64,000 bases of DNA, from positions 2,792,001 through 2,856,000 of the forward strand of contig CM075994.1 in NCBI GenBank assembly GCA_038087875.1, read 5' to 3'. Below the pieces are notes generated by a model that worked only from the letters and a program-made list of their open reading frames with translations, did no database searches and was not told where the DNA came from. This DNA is from Malacoraja senta (taxonomy: Eukaryota). This document shows, piece by piece, positions 28,701 to 41,400 of this stretch. The translations under genes were made by a program, and so were the position numbers. The first letter of the stretch is position 1. Each line of letters starts with the position of its first letter.

Positions 28701-30169
28701 CTCCCAGTGGGCCAATGATGCATAACACCGCTTTCCTGGAACAGAGATGTCCAAGATGCTATCCATTCTTTCAGGATACTCTGCTCCTGGCTAAATTAAC
28801 ATTCCCACAATGATAGCTATAGTCCAGTGTTACATTTTTTTTCATCAAATGTAAATTGTTTCTCTCTACCGGCTGTATATGTTGGAATGCATTGTTATAG
28901 CATAACCTTATATATGGATAGGTTAATGGAAGTGAAGGTGCATCTCAGATTTCCTTTAGGAAATCCTCAATTATATTTGTGTGTATTGATTAGTAAGGGT
29001 GTCGAGCTTTCTGGGGCGAAGGCAGGAGAATGGGGTTGAGAGGGAAAGACAGATCAGCCATGATTGAATGGCGGAGTAGACTCGAGGGCCGAATGGCCTA
29101 ATTCTGCTCCTATGACTTATGAACATGTATTTGGTAGGATTTAAATTATCAATAATGCAGGGAGAATCAAAGTTCTTACTATGTATTGTGGAGCAGACAT
29201 GATCCAGGACATTGAGAATTAAATGATAAAAGGTAGAAGCAAGGAACTGCATATGCTGGTTTACACAAAAGGACACAAAGTGCTGGAGTAACTCAGTGGG
29301 TCAGACAGCATCTCTGGAGACCATGATGTTTTTGCGTTGGGACCCTTCTTCAGACTTCTTCACTTATAATAAAAGGTAGATGCAGAACTAAAGTGTGCTG
29401 ATTTTAAATTAATGTGTTTGCAGGAAATCTAGATTTTGTTTCATCCATCAGCAATGGATTTACAGCAAATACAATGCATCAAACTGCCAGACCATGTTCA
29501 GTTCACAAGTGATATCCCCAACAGGCAAATACCTCCTTGATAATCAGCATTTAGACTTTAAAGAAACACCATAAAGTACCAGCAGGCATATGGTATTTGT
29601 GGAATTGATCAGTGAATTTGGAAACATAAGGAAGTTGATAGCAAAACTAAATAAGATGTAGTGTTAAAAGTTTTAAAATAATACGGACAAGATTTTCATT
29701 CTGCATTTCTGTTTTCAAGGATATATGTTGGAAAAGAAACGACTGAGACAATAAAATGGTATGTATTGTTTACAAGACACTACTAAACTACCAAAATATT
29801 ATTGATGATATTGGTGTGTTATTTGCCTGAAAATTCTGGTATTTTCTATGATTCATACACTCGCACTGCATTTTTCGGCAAAAGTTTCTCTGATTTATAT
29901 CTCCACCCATTTATTAATGATTGAAAAATGTACCTTACAAAATGGTCACAATAATGAGAGCCCTCCTTCACTGGCATGTTATGTCTGCATTTTTGTTCTA
30001 TATATTTAACCGCTGCAGCAACTCCTCAAGGCTGTTTCGACCACAATTCCCACAGTATTGGGGAAGTTGATGCAAGGGTGCTGCACTGCCTCTGTTTTCA
30101 ACTGTAAATCACTCACCGTTTTAGATTGGATGTTTATTGTTCCCACTTCATGGTTGATAGGTTTGAAAT

Positions 30170-30950
30170 TGATTATTGGTGTATTGCTGTCATAGGCACT
30201 AAGGTACAGTGAAAAGCACTGTTTGCATGCTATCCAGTCAAATCATACCATACATGAGTACAATCAAATCATGCACAAGTATAATTGGTGGTGCAAAGAG
30301 AAAAATAACAGAGTGCAGAGTAGAGTGTTTACAGCATTGGAATAACAGAGAAAGTGTAGATAAAAAAAGTACATGGCCTGCAATGAAGAAGTTTGGAAGA
30401 TCAGGACTACACCCTAGCTTATGGGAGGACCATTCAGTCCTCTGAGAACAGCATGGGAAGTGGCTGTACCTGAATATTGTGGCATATGCTTCCAAGCTTT
30501 TGTATCTCTGCTAAACAGGAGGGGAAAAGGAATGACTGCGGTGAAAATGGACCTTCATTATGTCGGCTGCTTTCCCAAGACAGCATGAAGTGTAGATGGA
30601 GTTTATGATGGGGAGGGGTGGGGGAGGAGGCTTCGCCACCACTGATGCTGACTGGAGCATGTAAACAACCTCACTTCCTGAAGTCAATAACTAGCTCCTT
30701 CATCTTGCTGAGATTTAAGGAGAGTCTCTTGTTTTGACATTATGTTATTAAGCTCGCTATCTCCTTTCTATACCTGGTCTCATCATGGTTCAAGATCAGA
30801 ACCACTATGTTCATGTCATCTGCAAATGTGTAAGTGGAGTTAGAGCTGTATTTGGTCACAGTCGTGCGTGTGTAGGGAGTATAGTAAGAGGCTGAGAACG
30901 CATCCTTGTGGAGCACCAGTGTGGAGGATGTTCTGTCGCCTATCTTCACT
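30170..30950 (-). mobile_element. Degraded Rex1/Babar-type LINE remnant
   Basis: [16 protein letters not shown] remnants and a 3' UTR similar to other copies in the window. Confidence 0.65.
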
Positions 30951-31912
30951 TCTTCTTGCGTTTGAGGCAGCAGAGGTTATGTAACGCCCTCCAGACGCTG
31001 TAGCCAGTTCAATGTGCTGTTGTCGAGGGCCGTGAGGTCTACCCCTCCACCAGGGGGGCGGAGGACAGCGCAGTCGAAAATGACGTGCTACGCGGTTTGC
31101 TGGTTTGCTCCACACATGCAGGCTGCTGATGAACGCAGCCCCCAGCGATGCATGTTGGCGTTGAACCGGCCGATCCCTGTACAGAGCCGGTTCAGTGCGA
31201 CCCACTCTTTGCGTGGCAGGTCAGAGCTGGGTGGGGTTGTGGTGTTCGGTGCAACAGTGAATTGTGGAGGTCGTGAAGTCTGTTCCCAGCTGGTTCTCCA
31301 TGCTCCTAGTGTGTTGAAACTGGAGCCACAGAGGGTCGCTGCGTGACGGGAGAAGGGGTGATGTGACGACAGGCGTTAAGGTCCCAGTGGATGGCGACTA
31401 GCTTGCTAGTATGAGCGCTGCGGCACCATGCTGGGGTGGCGTACTCAGCGGCACTGTACATGAGTGCAAGAGCACTGGCTCGGAGAGTAGATGTCCTGGC
31501 GCCCCATGACGATCCAGCCAAGCAACGCAGGAGGTTGTTCTGCGCCGAGACTTTAGCACGGAGAGCTTCAAGGTGTTGCTTGCAGGTCAGCTGCCGATCT
31601 AGTTTCATCCCGAGGTATGTAGGGAATGGGTTATAGGGTAGGGGTGACCCATTGAGGGTGACGGTTAGCTGCCGTTGAGCTTCCTTGTTGTTCAGGTGAA
31701 AGGCCGTTGTGGTGGTTTTTGTCACACTCAGTTTTAGCCTCCAGGTCTTAAGGTAGCCCGCAGCAAGTTCCATATCCGCCGAGAGCACATCCTCCATGTT
31801 TGACCAACTCCTGTCCGAATGCAGTAGGGCCAGGTCATCGCTGATATAGAAATTGAAGGGCATGAGGATCGCTGATAGATCGCATGGAGAACATTGGTAT
31901 AGAGATGGAAGA
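30951..31912 (-). mobile_element. Vingi/Ingi-like (I group) LINE 3' fragment
   Basis: DDLAL..WRLKLS..YLGMKLDRQL..LAGSSWGA..YSAAEY..W; (GAA)n tail; 13-bp TSD GCCTATCTTCACT at 30938-50 and 31913-25; inserted in a Rex-type LINE. Confidence 0.8.
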
Positions 31913-32290
31913 GCCTATCTTCACTGAATATAGTATATGGTTCAGGGAGTCAAGAATCCAGTTGCCATTCAGGAGGGATTGAAAACATTGATATCAAATT
32001 CACAAGTTAAACAGAATGAGACGTCAGAATAGAAGTATTATTTCTAGAGGCACAGGTAATGTGAATAGGTAAAGGAGTACGCATTTTGTATATAATTTTC
32101 CCCTTCTCATCTCTGCACTCCAAATCATTCACACCAAAGTGAGATTTGAAGTGTGAGTGGGTGGTGGGAGAGAGGGATTCTTTCCCTTTTGAACTGCAAA
32201 AAATATATAATTTTTCTTAAGATGAATGGATGAATGGTTTCACTTTAAAAAGTCACATATCAATATTTCCTTTTAAACTAGAATTTCAGC

Positions 32291-32438
32291 ATGGACACAG
32301 ACACAACAGTGGTTCTCCCTAGCAGTGAAACAGCTCTCTCTGATGAACTTACCCTGACTGATTCACCTGGTGGAAGGGTTATCATTGAAGACATACAGCA
32401 AGACTCCCCTGTTGCAAGAGTTGGCACCCTGAAGAAAG
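32291..32438 (+). CDS. AHNAK-like coding exon 1 (ATG, first half of PDZ)
   Basis: AG acceptors at 32280-81 and 32288-89 precede the ATG. Reads MDTDTTVVLPSSETALSDELTLTDSPGGRVIIEDIQQDSPVARVGTLKK-G; donor G|GTGATT, phase 1. Not in the ORF track. Confidence 0.85.
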
Positions 32439-35400
32439 GTGATTGTTCTTAATTGTATATAATCCGGGTGCTCCGGTTTCCTCCTTGAAATGTATTTCAA
32501 GACTTTGTTATTTAGAGAAATTTTGTACATGGTAATATCACTCAAATATATTTAACCAATATGTACCATTATTATTTTGTAGGTGATCAACTGAATGCAG
32601 TAACAATACATTTTGACAATCTAAACAGTAAAGAGGTTGGCAAAATATTGAAATATACAGAACCATACAAAACAAGTCTAAAATTGAATACAAAAGGTGA
32701 ACTCAGAAGTCCAGCTTATGGATACAAAAGTTCTTACATGGTAAAGATTCTTATTTACTTTTGATTTATACATATTTTCAGTTGAGGAATAAATTATTTA
32801 CATCCTTTAACAAATCAAAGTTCTGTGTTTACATTAAAATGACTCTCTGTCCTTTCAGGGAAGCAGTGATCAAACTTACTTAAAGTTGTACAACAGCAAG
32901 ATCAAGCCCCATCTTAAGCTAGCAAAACCAAGTGTGGATGCACGTGGTCTGACTGTTAATGGAATGACACCTTCAATTGATGCAAGGAGACCCAAGATTT
33001 CTTCTGAATTTGACATGAACCTAAAGACTTCGCCAACTATTGGTTTGAACACCCCTAGTTTTGACATCAATGGTCCACATGGTAAAATACAAATGCCTGA
33101 TGTTAAAGCTTCAACACCAAAGATTGGAGGAGGATTGATAACCTCGGATAATAATGTTGAATCACCAAGAGGGGCCATTAAGATGCCAGGCATGGACTTC
33201 AAAGGTGCAAGTTTTGAAATGCCATCAGCACATTTATCTGGGATTGAGACTACATCTCCGAAAGGGGATTTTGATGGCAATCTGCCAAACGCAGAACTAC
33301 ATGCACCAAAGTTTAAAATGTCATCACCCGATTTACATGGACCAAATGTTTCAGCATTGGACACAAACCTGAACCTTAAAGCACCTAATGTCAAAGGTAA
33401 CAATGAATTTTCTCAAAAATAACAATACATATCCTAACACTCCTATCTTGCATTAAATTCATGTAATGAAGGAATAATAGCAAAATAATTACTAAGAAAT
33501 TTGCCATGAGTCACCATAGCCAAATAGACAATACATTCAGGAAGGCTGGTTGTACATCTTAAATCTAGTTGCATTGAAGACACCTTCTTCAAGCGCTATT
33601 CAGCAATAAAAGAACTTATGTGGATTTGGATGGTAATCTTCCAAACATTATTTCTTAATGTATTATATTATAATTAATGTATTACTACAAAAGGACAAAG
33701 AAAGACACAGAATATGATTTAGACTTTTAGATTGAAATTGTTGATTTGGAATGGTCAATATTTAAAACAAATTCATTTGTATCACCAAGAAACTTAACTA
33801 CGGTATCAGGGAATGGAGGTAAATTCTGAAATTTAGCTTGGCATTATGGCCGAAGCTAATTACCAGTTAACGTTAAGATTCCAAATTAATCTTTCCCTCA
33901 ATGGTTGGTCGTGATACATCAATTCCAAAGCCTTTTATTGAACCATAGCTGATCTGCGCACGGTGGCGCAATGGTAGAGTTGCTGCCTTACAGCGAATGC
34001 AGCGCAGGAGGCCCGGGTTCGATCCCAACTACGGGTGCTGTCTGTACGGAGTTTGTACGATCTGCCCGTGACCTGCGTGGGTTTTCTCCGAGATCTTCGG
34101 TTTCCTCCCACACTCCAAAGACGTACAGGTAAGTAGGTTAATTGGCTTGGTAAATGTAAAAATTGTCCCCAATGGGTATAGGATAGTGTTAATGTGCGGG
34201 GATCGTTGGTCGGCGCCGAAAGGGCTGTTTCCGCGCTGTATCTCAAAACTAAACTAAACTATTGATCACATAGAAATTCAGGAATGTAAAAATTGTCTGC
34301 CCATTCAAATGTAGGATCAAGGGAACATGTAGAACTTCAATACCACACTGAAAGTGACTAGCTAATTTATGAGTTCAAATGTTTAAGAACATGTAAAACG
34401 TCATAAACACAACAGCTATTGATAAGATGGGCCTGAGGTATATGTAGCAGTTAATACTTGAGATATCGGACAATGAAATATCATTATACCATCTTCCCAT
34501 TAAAAAAATTAGTATTAGCAGGATGAATTATAAGGGAAGTAATCCGGACCCATGTAATGTGATTATGCGAGGGATTAACTACTCTACAAAGCTGCATTCT
34601 TCATCATCCAGCCGACAGCTTAGGGAACATGATCATCAAGATCTTAGTCGTTGCATAAATACACCAATATTAAATAGCTCCAAAATTAAATGTTCTCCTA
34701 CAAATAAGATTGTGCCTAATCTTTATTTTCAGCAGAAGGTGCAATTTGAAGGTTCTAAATTTAACGTCAGAATAAAATGAACACCAAATTAGATACAGTA
34801 CAAATATCTAATGGCTGATCTTTAGCTGCAGGTGATACATCATGGAAATTATGTCATTTAAATAACCATGGGTGTGCAAATTGCAAAATAATGGTTTAGA
34901 ACATGTTTTAACTGTGAAACAAAGCCATAATGTTAAAAATGCCCTTCATTAACACGATAAAAACATGTTTCCATTTCAGATGTCGGCCTCAATTTATCAT
35001 CACCAAATATAGATCTTGAAGCTCCAAACTTTCAAACTTCAAACATTGATGTAAGTGCTCCGAAGGTTGGCACAGAAGGAATAAGGATCCCCAAATTTAA
35101 AAAACCTGCATTTTCACTCACTGGAAATGATCCAAAAGGGCCTGAACTAGATTTGTCTATACCAGGGGTGAAGACAGATATAAAGATTTCTGATATGGAC
35201 CTTAATGGAGGAGTAGATCTCCCTGATGCAACGGGGAATTGGAAAATGCCGAAAATGCAATTGCCCTCCTTTGGATTATCTGGACCCAAAGGACCAGATG
35301 TGGAATTTGATGGTTCAATAAAATCACGTGGTATTGATGTGTCAAGTCCAGATCTTAAGGGGAATTTTGAATCTCCAAATGTTGACTTAAAACTTCCAAA

Positions 35401-38400
35401 AGGAGAAATAGATGCAAGCGTGCCAGATGCAAAATTTGAAATGCCAAAATTTAGCATGCCACGTTCAAATTTGTCCATTCCAGACACCAGTCTGAATTTA
35501 AAAGCACCGACAGTGACAGGCGATTTTGATGCAAAACTGAAGAAACCCAACTTAGACATTTCTGGAATTAAGGGACCTGATGTGAACTTTGGCGGTAATC
35601 TTAAAATTCCGGATGCTGATATTTCATCTCCTGACCTTAAAGCGGGATTCGGATCTGCTGGAATAGGTTTTAAAAAGCCCAAAATTAATGCAGCTTACGA
35701 TATGCCTGACGTGAACCTTGATGTTCCTGAGTTAAATCTGAAAGGCAAAGGCATAAAGAAACCTTCACTCAATATGTCTGCAGGAAAGATTTCAGCTCCA
35801 GATGTGGACCTAAACCTGTCAGCACCAAATGTGGACCTTGCTTCCCCAAAATTACAAGGAGATTTCAAAGGGCCAAAAATTGACATAAATGCTCCAAAGG
35901 TGGATGGCATTGACACAGAAGGAAAATTTAAGTTCCCAAAATTTAAAAAGCCTACTTTTTCACTTTCCGGAAATAAACCAAAAGAGCCTGAACTGGATGT
36001 ATCTGTTCCAAATGTAAAGGCAGATATAAAGACTCCTGATGTGGACCTTGACGGAGGAGTGGATCTCCCTGAAGCAAAGGGGAAATGGAAAATGCCGAGC
36101 ATCCATCTGCCCTCCTTTGGATTATCTGGACCCAAAGGACCAGATGGGGATTTTGATGGTTCATTAAAAGCACCCGGTGTTGATGTGTCAGGTCCAAATC
36201 TTAAGGGGAATTTTGAATCTCCAAATGTTGACTTAAAACTTCCAAAAGGAGATATAGATGCAAGCTTGCCAAATGCCAAATTTAAAATGCCAAAATTTAG
36301 CATGCCAAGTTCAAATTTGTCCATTCCAGACACCAGCCTGAATTTAAAAGCACCGACAGTGAAGGGCGATTTTGATGCAAAACTGAAGAAACCCAACTTA
36401 GATATTTCTGGAATTAAGGGACCTGATGTGAACTTTGGTGGTAATCTTAAAATTCCGGATGCTGATATTTCATCTCCTGACCTTAAAGCGGGATTTGGAT
36501 CTGCTGGAATAGGTTTTAACAAGCCCAAAATCAATGCAGATTACGATATGCCTGACATGAACCTTGATGTTCCTGAGGTAAATCTGAAAGGCAAAGGCAT
36601 AAAGAAACCTTCACTCAATATGCCTGCAGGAAAGATTTCAGCTCCAGATGTGGACCTAAACCTGTCAGCACCAAATGTGGACCTAGCTTCCCCAAAATTA
36701 CAAGGAGATTTCAAAGGGCCAAAAATTGACATAAATGCTCCAAAGGTGGATGGCATTGACACAGAAGGAAAATTTAAGTTCCCAAAATTTAAAAAGCCTA
36801 CTTTTTCACTTTCCGGAAATAAACCAAAAGGGCCTGAACTGGATGTATCTGTGCCAAATGTAAAGGCAGATATAAAGACTCCTGATGTGGACCTTGACGG
36901 AGGAGTGGATCTCCCTGAAGCAAAGGGGAAATGGAAAATGCCAAACTTGCATCTGCCTTCCTTTGGATTATCTGGACCCAAAAGACCAGGTGGGGATTTT
37001 GATGGTTCATTAAAAGCACCCGGTGTTGATGTGTCAGGTCCAAATCTTAAGGGGAATTTTGAATCTCCAAATGTTGACTTAAAACTTCCAAAAGGAGAAA
37101 TAGATGCAAGCTTGCCAGATGCCAAATTTAAAATGCCAAAATTTAGCATGCCAAGTTCAAATTTGTCCATTCCAGACACCAGCCTGAATTTAAAGGCACC
37201 GACAGTGACAGGCGATTTTGATGCAAAACTGAAGAAACCCAATTTAGACATTTCTGGAATTAAGGGACCCGATCTGAACTTTGGCGGTAATCTTAAAATT
37301 CCGGATGCTGATATTTCATCTCCTGACCTTAAAGCGGGATTCGGATCTGCTGGAATAGGTTTTAAAAAGCCCAAAATTAATGCAGCTTACGATATGCCTG
37401 ACATGAAGCTTGATGTTCCTGAGGTAAATCTGAAAGGCAAAGGCATAAAGAAACCTTCACTCAATATGCCTGCAGGAAAGATTTCAGCTCCAGATGTGGA
37501 CCTCAACCTGTCAGCACCAAATGTGGACCTTGCTTCCCCAAAATTACAAGGAGATTTCAAAGGGCCAAAAATTGACATAAATGCTCCAAAGGTGGATGGC
37601 ATTGACACAGAAGGAAAATTTAAGTTCCCAAAATTTAAAAAGCCTACTTTTTCACTTTCCGGAAATAAACCAAAAGGGCCTGAACTGGATGTATCTGTGC
37701 CAAATGTAAAGGCAGATATAAAGACTCCTGATGTGGACCTTGACGGAGGAGTGGATCTCCCTGAAGCAAAGGGGAAATGGAAAATGCCGAGCATCCATCT
37801 GCCCTCCTTTGGATTATCTGGACCCAAAGGACCAGATGTGGATTTTGATGGTTCATTAAAAGCACCCGGTGTTGACGTGTCAGCCCCAAATCTTAAGGGG
37901 AATTTTGAATCTCCAAATGTTGACTTGAAACTTCCGAAAGGAAAAATAGATGCAAACTTGCCAGATGCAGAAGTAACTGGAGGAAAGTTTAGGTTGCCAG
38001 GGGTAAAGTGGCCAGGTCATAATCTGTCATTGTCAGGTCCGGAAAAAGATCTGAACCTACCAAAAGGTCAGATAGATCTTTCTGCTCCTGACATTAAGGG
38101 GGATATCAAAGGCCCCAGCCTCGATCTCGAAGACCCAAATATGGACATCAATGCTCCAAGTGTTAATATGTCTGATGCAAATGGAACATTCAAAATGCCA
38201 AATATAAAGATGCCTTCATTTGGATTTTCAGGACCCAAAGGACCAGGTGTGGATTTTGATGGTTCAGTAAAAGCACCCAGTGTTGATGTGTCAAGTCCAA
38301 ATATTAAGGGAAATTTTGAATCTCCAGATATTGATTTGAAACTTCCAAAAGGAGAATTAGATGCAAACTTGCCAGATGCAGAACTTAATGGAGGAAAGTT

Positions 38401-41400
38401 TAAGTTACCAGGAGTAAAATGGCCTGTCAATAAATTGTCATTGTCGGGTCCTGATAATGGACTGAAGCTACCAAAAGGTCACGTAGATCTTTCTGCTCCA
38501 AACCTTACGGGAGATATCAAAGGTCCGAGCCTCGGTCTCAAAGGACCAAATGTTGACCTTAATGCTCCAAGTGTTGACATTCCCGATGCAAAGACAAAGT
38601 TTAAAATGCCAAGTTTACATATGACTTCCTTTGGTATGTCAGGACCAAAAGCCCCTGATCTGAATGTTGATGGTTCTGTAAAAGCCCCTGGTATTGACAT
38701 GTCGGTTCCAAATATTAAAGGAAATTTTGAATCTTCAGATGTGGACATAAAACTTCCAAAGGGCGACCTTGATATCAACATGCCCAATGCTGAAATTAAG
38801 AAACCAAAGTTTAAAATGCCAAAATTTAACATGCCAAGCTCAAATTTGTCCATTCCAAACACCAGCCTGAACTTAAAAGCACCGACAGTGACAGGCGATT
38901 TTGATGCAAAACTGAAGAAACCCAATTTAGACATTTCTGGAATTAAGGGACCTGATATGAACTTTGGCGGTAATCTTAAAATTCCAGATGCTGATATTTC
39001 ATCTCCTGACCTAAAAGCGGGATTCGGATCTGCTGGAATAGGTTTTAAAAAGCCCCAAATCAAAGCAGATTACGATATGCCTGATATGAACCTTGAAGTC
39101 CCTGACGTAAAATTGAAAGGCAAAGGCATAAAGAAACCTTCACTCAATATGTCTGCAGGAAAGATTTCAGTTCCTGATGTGGACCTAAACTTAGCAGCAC
39201 CAAATGTAGACCTCGCTGCCCCAAAATTACAAGGAGATTTCAAAGGGCCAAACATTGATATAAAATCTCCAAAGATCGATGGCAGTGGTGCAGAAGGAAA
39301 ATTTAAGTTCCCAAAATTAAAAAAACCTACTTTTACACTCACCAGAAAGAAACCTAAACTGGACGTGTCTGTGCCAAATGTAAAGGCAGATATAAAGACT
39401 CCTGATGTGGACCTTGACGGAGGAGTAGATCTCCCTGAAGCAAAGGGGAAATGGAAAGCGCCGAGCTTGCATCTGCCCTCCTTTGGATTATCTGGACCCA
39501 AAGGACCAGATGGGGATTTTGATGGTTCATTTAAAGCACCCGGTGTTGATGTGTCAGCCCCAAATCTTAAGGGGAATTTTAAATCTCCAAATATTGATTT
39601 GAAACTTCCAAAAGGAGAATTAGATGCAAACTTGCCAGATGCAGAACTTAATGGAGGAAATTTTAAATTGCCAGGTGTAAAGTGGCCACATAATAAACTG
39701 TCATTATCAGGTCCAGATAAAGATCTGAAGCTACCAAAAGGTCAGATAGATCTTTCTGCTCCTGACATCCGGGGGGACATCAAAGGTCCCAGCCTCGATG
39801 TCAAAGGCCCAAATATTGACCTCAATGCTCCAAGTATTGACGTTCCTGATGCAAAGGCAAGGTTCAAAATGCCAAATTTACATGTGCCTTCCTTTGGTCT
39901 GGCAGGACCAAAAGCACCAGGGCTGGATGTTGATGGTTCTGTGAAAGTCCCTGGTATTGACGTGTCACGTCCAAAGATTAAAGGGAATTTTGAGCCCCCA
40001 AATGTTGACCTAAATATTCCAAAGGGGGACCTTGATATCAACATGCCCAATGCAGAAATTAAGAAACCAAAATTTAAAATGCCTAACTTTAGCATGCCAA
40101 GTGCAAACTTGTCAACTCCAGACACCAGCTTGAATTTAAAAGCACCAGTGGTGACAGGTGATTTAGATGCAAAATTGAATAAACCTAACTTAGACATTCC
40201 TAGAATTAAGGGACCTGATATGAACTTTGGTGGTAATCTTAAAATTCCGGATGCTGACATTTCATATCCTGACGTTAAAGCGGGATTCGGATCTGCTGGA
40301 ATAGATTTAAAAAAGCCCAAAATCAATGCAGATTACGATATGCCTGACATGAACCTTGAAGTTCCTGAGGTAAAACTGAAAGGCAAAGGCATAAAGAAAC
40401 CTTCACTCAACATGTCTGCAGGAAAGATTTCAGTTCCAGATGTGGACCTAAACTTAGCAGCACCAAATGTGGACCTTGCTTCCCCAAAATTACAAGGTGA
40501 TTTCAAAGGGCCAAACATTGACTTAAATGCTCCAAAGGTGGATGGCATTGGTGCAGAAGGAAATTTTAAGCTCCCAAAATTTAAAAAACCTACTTTTTCA
40601 CTATCTGGAAATAAACCAAATGTGCCTGATCTGAATCTGTCTGTGCCAGATGTGAAGGCAGATATAAAGACTCCTGATATGGACCTTAATGGAGGAGTGG
40701 ATCTCCCTGAAGCAAAGGGGAAATGGAAAATGCCGAACTTGCATCTGCCCTCCTTTGGAGTACCTGGACCCAAAGGACCAGATGTGGATTTTGATGGCTC
40801 AATAAAAGCTCCTGGTATTGATGTGTCAGCTCCAAATCTTAAGGGGAATTTTGAATCTCCAGATGCTGCATTGAATTTTCCAAAGGGAAAAATTGATGCA
40901 AACTTGCCAGAAACAGAACTTACAGGAGGGAAGTTTAAGTTACCAGGAGTAAATTGGCCAAGTAGTAAATTGTCATTGTTAGGTCCTGAAAAAGAATTGA
41001 ACCTACCAAAAGGTCAGGTAGATTTTTCTGCTCCTGACATTAAGGGGGATATTAAAGGTCCCGGTCTCGATCTCAAAGGCCCAAATATGGACATCAATGC
41101 TCCAAGTGTTAATATGCCTGATGCAAATGGAAAATTCAAAATGCCAAATTTAATGATGCCTTCATTTGGGTTTTCTGGACCCAAAGGACCAGATGTGGAT
41201 TTTGATGGTTCAGTAAAAGCACCCAGTGTTGACGTGTCAGCTCCAAATCTTAAGGGGAATTTTGAATCTCCAAATGTTGATTTGAAACTTCCAAAGGGAA
41301 AGATTAATGCAAATTTGCCAGAAGCAGAACTTAGAGGAGGGAAGTTTAAGTTCCCAGGAGTAAATTGGCCAGATCTTTCTGCTCCTGACATTCAAGGAGA

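Noticed and set aside
33957..34030. tRNA-like A and B boxes here and at 50933 and 62264
   Set aside because: These are SINE heads, not tRNA genes; each continues into the SINE core and tail.
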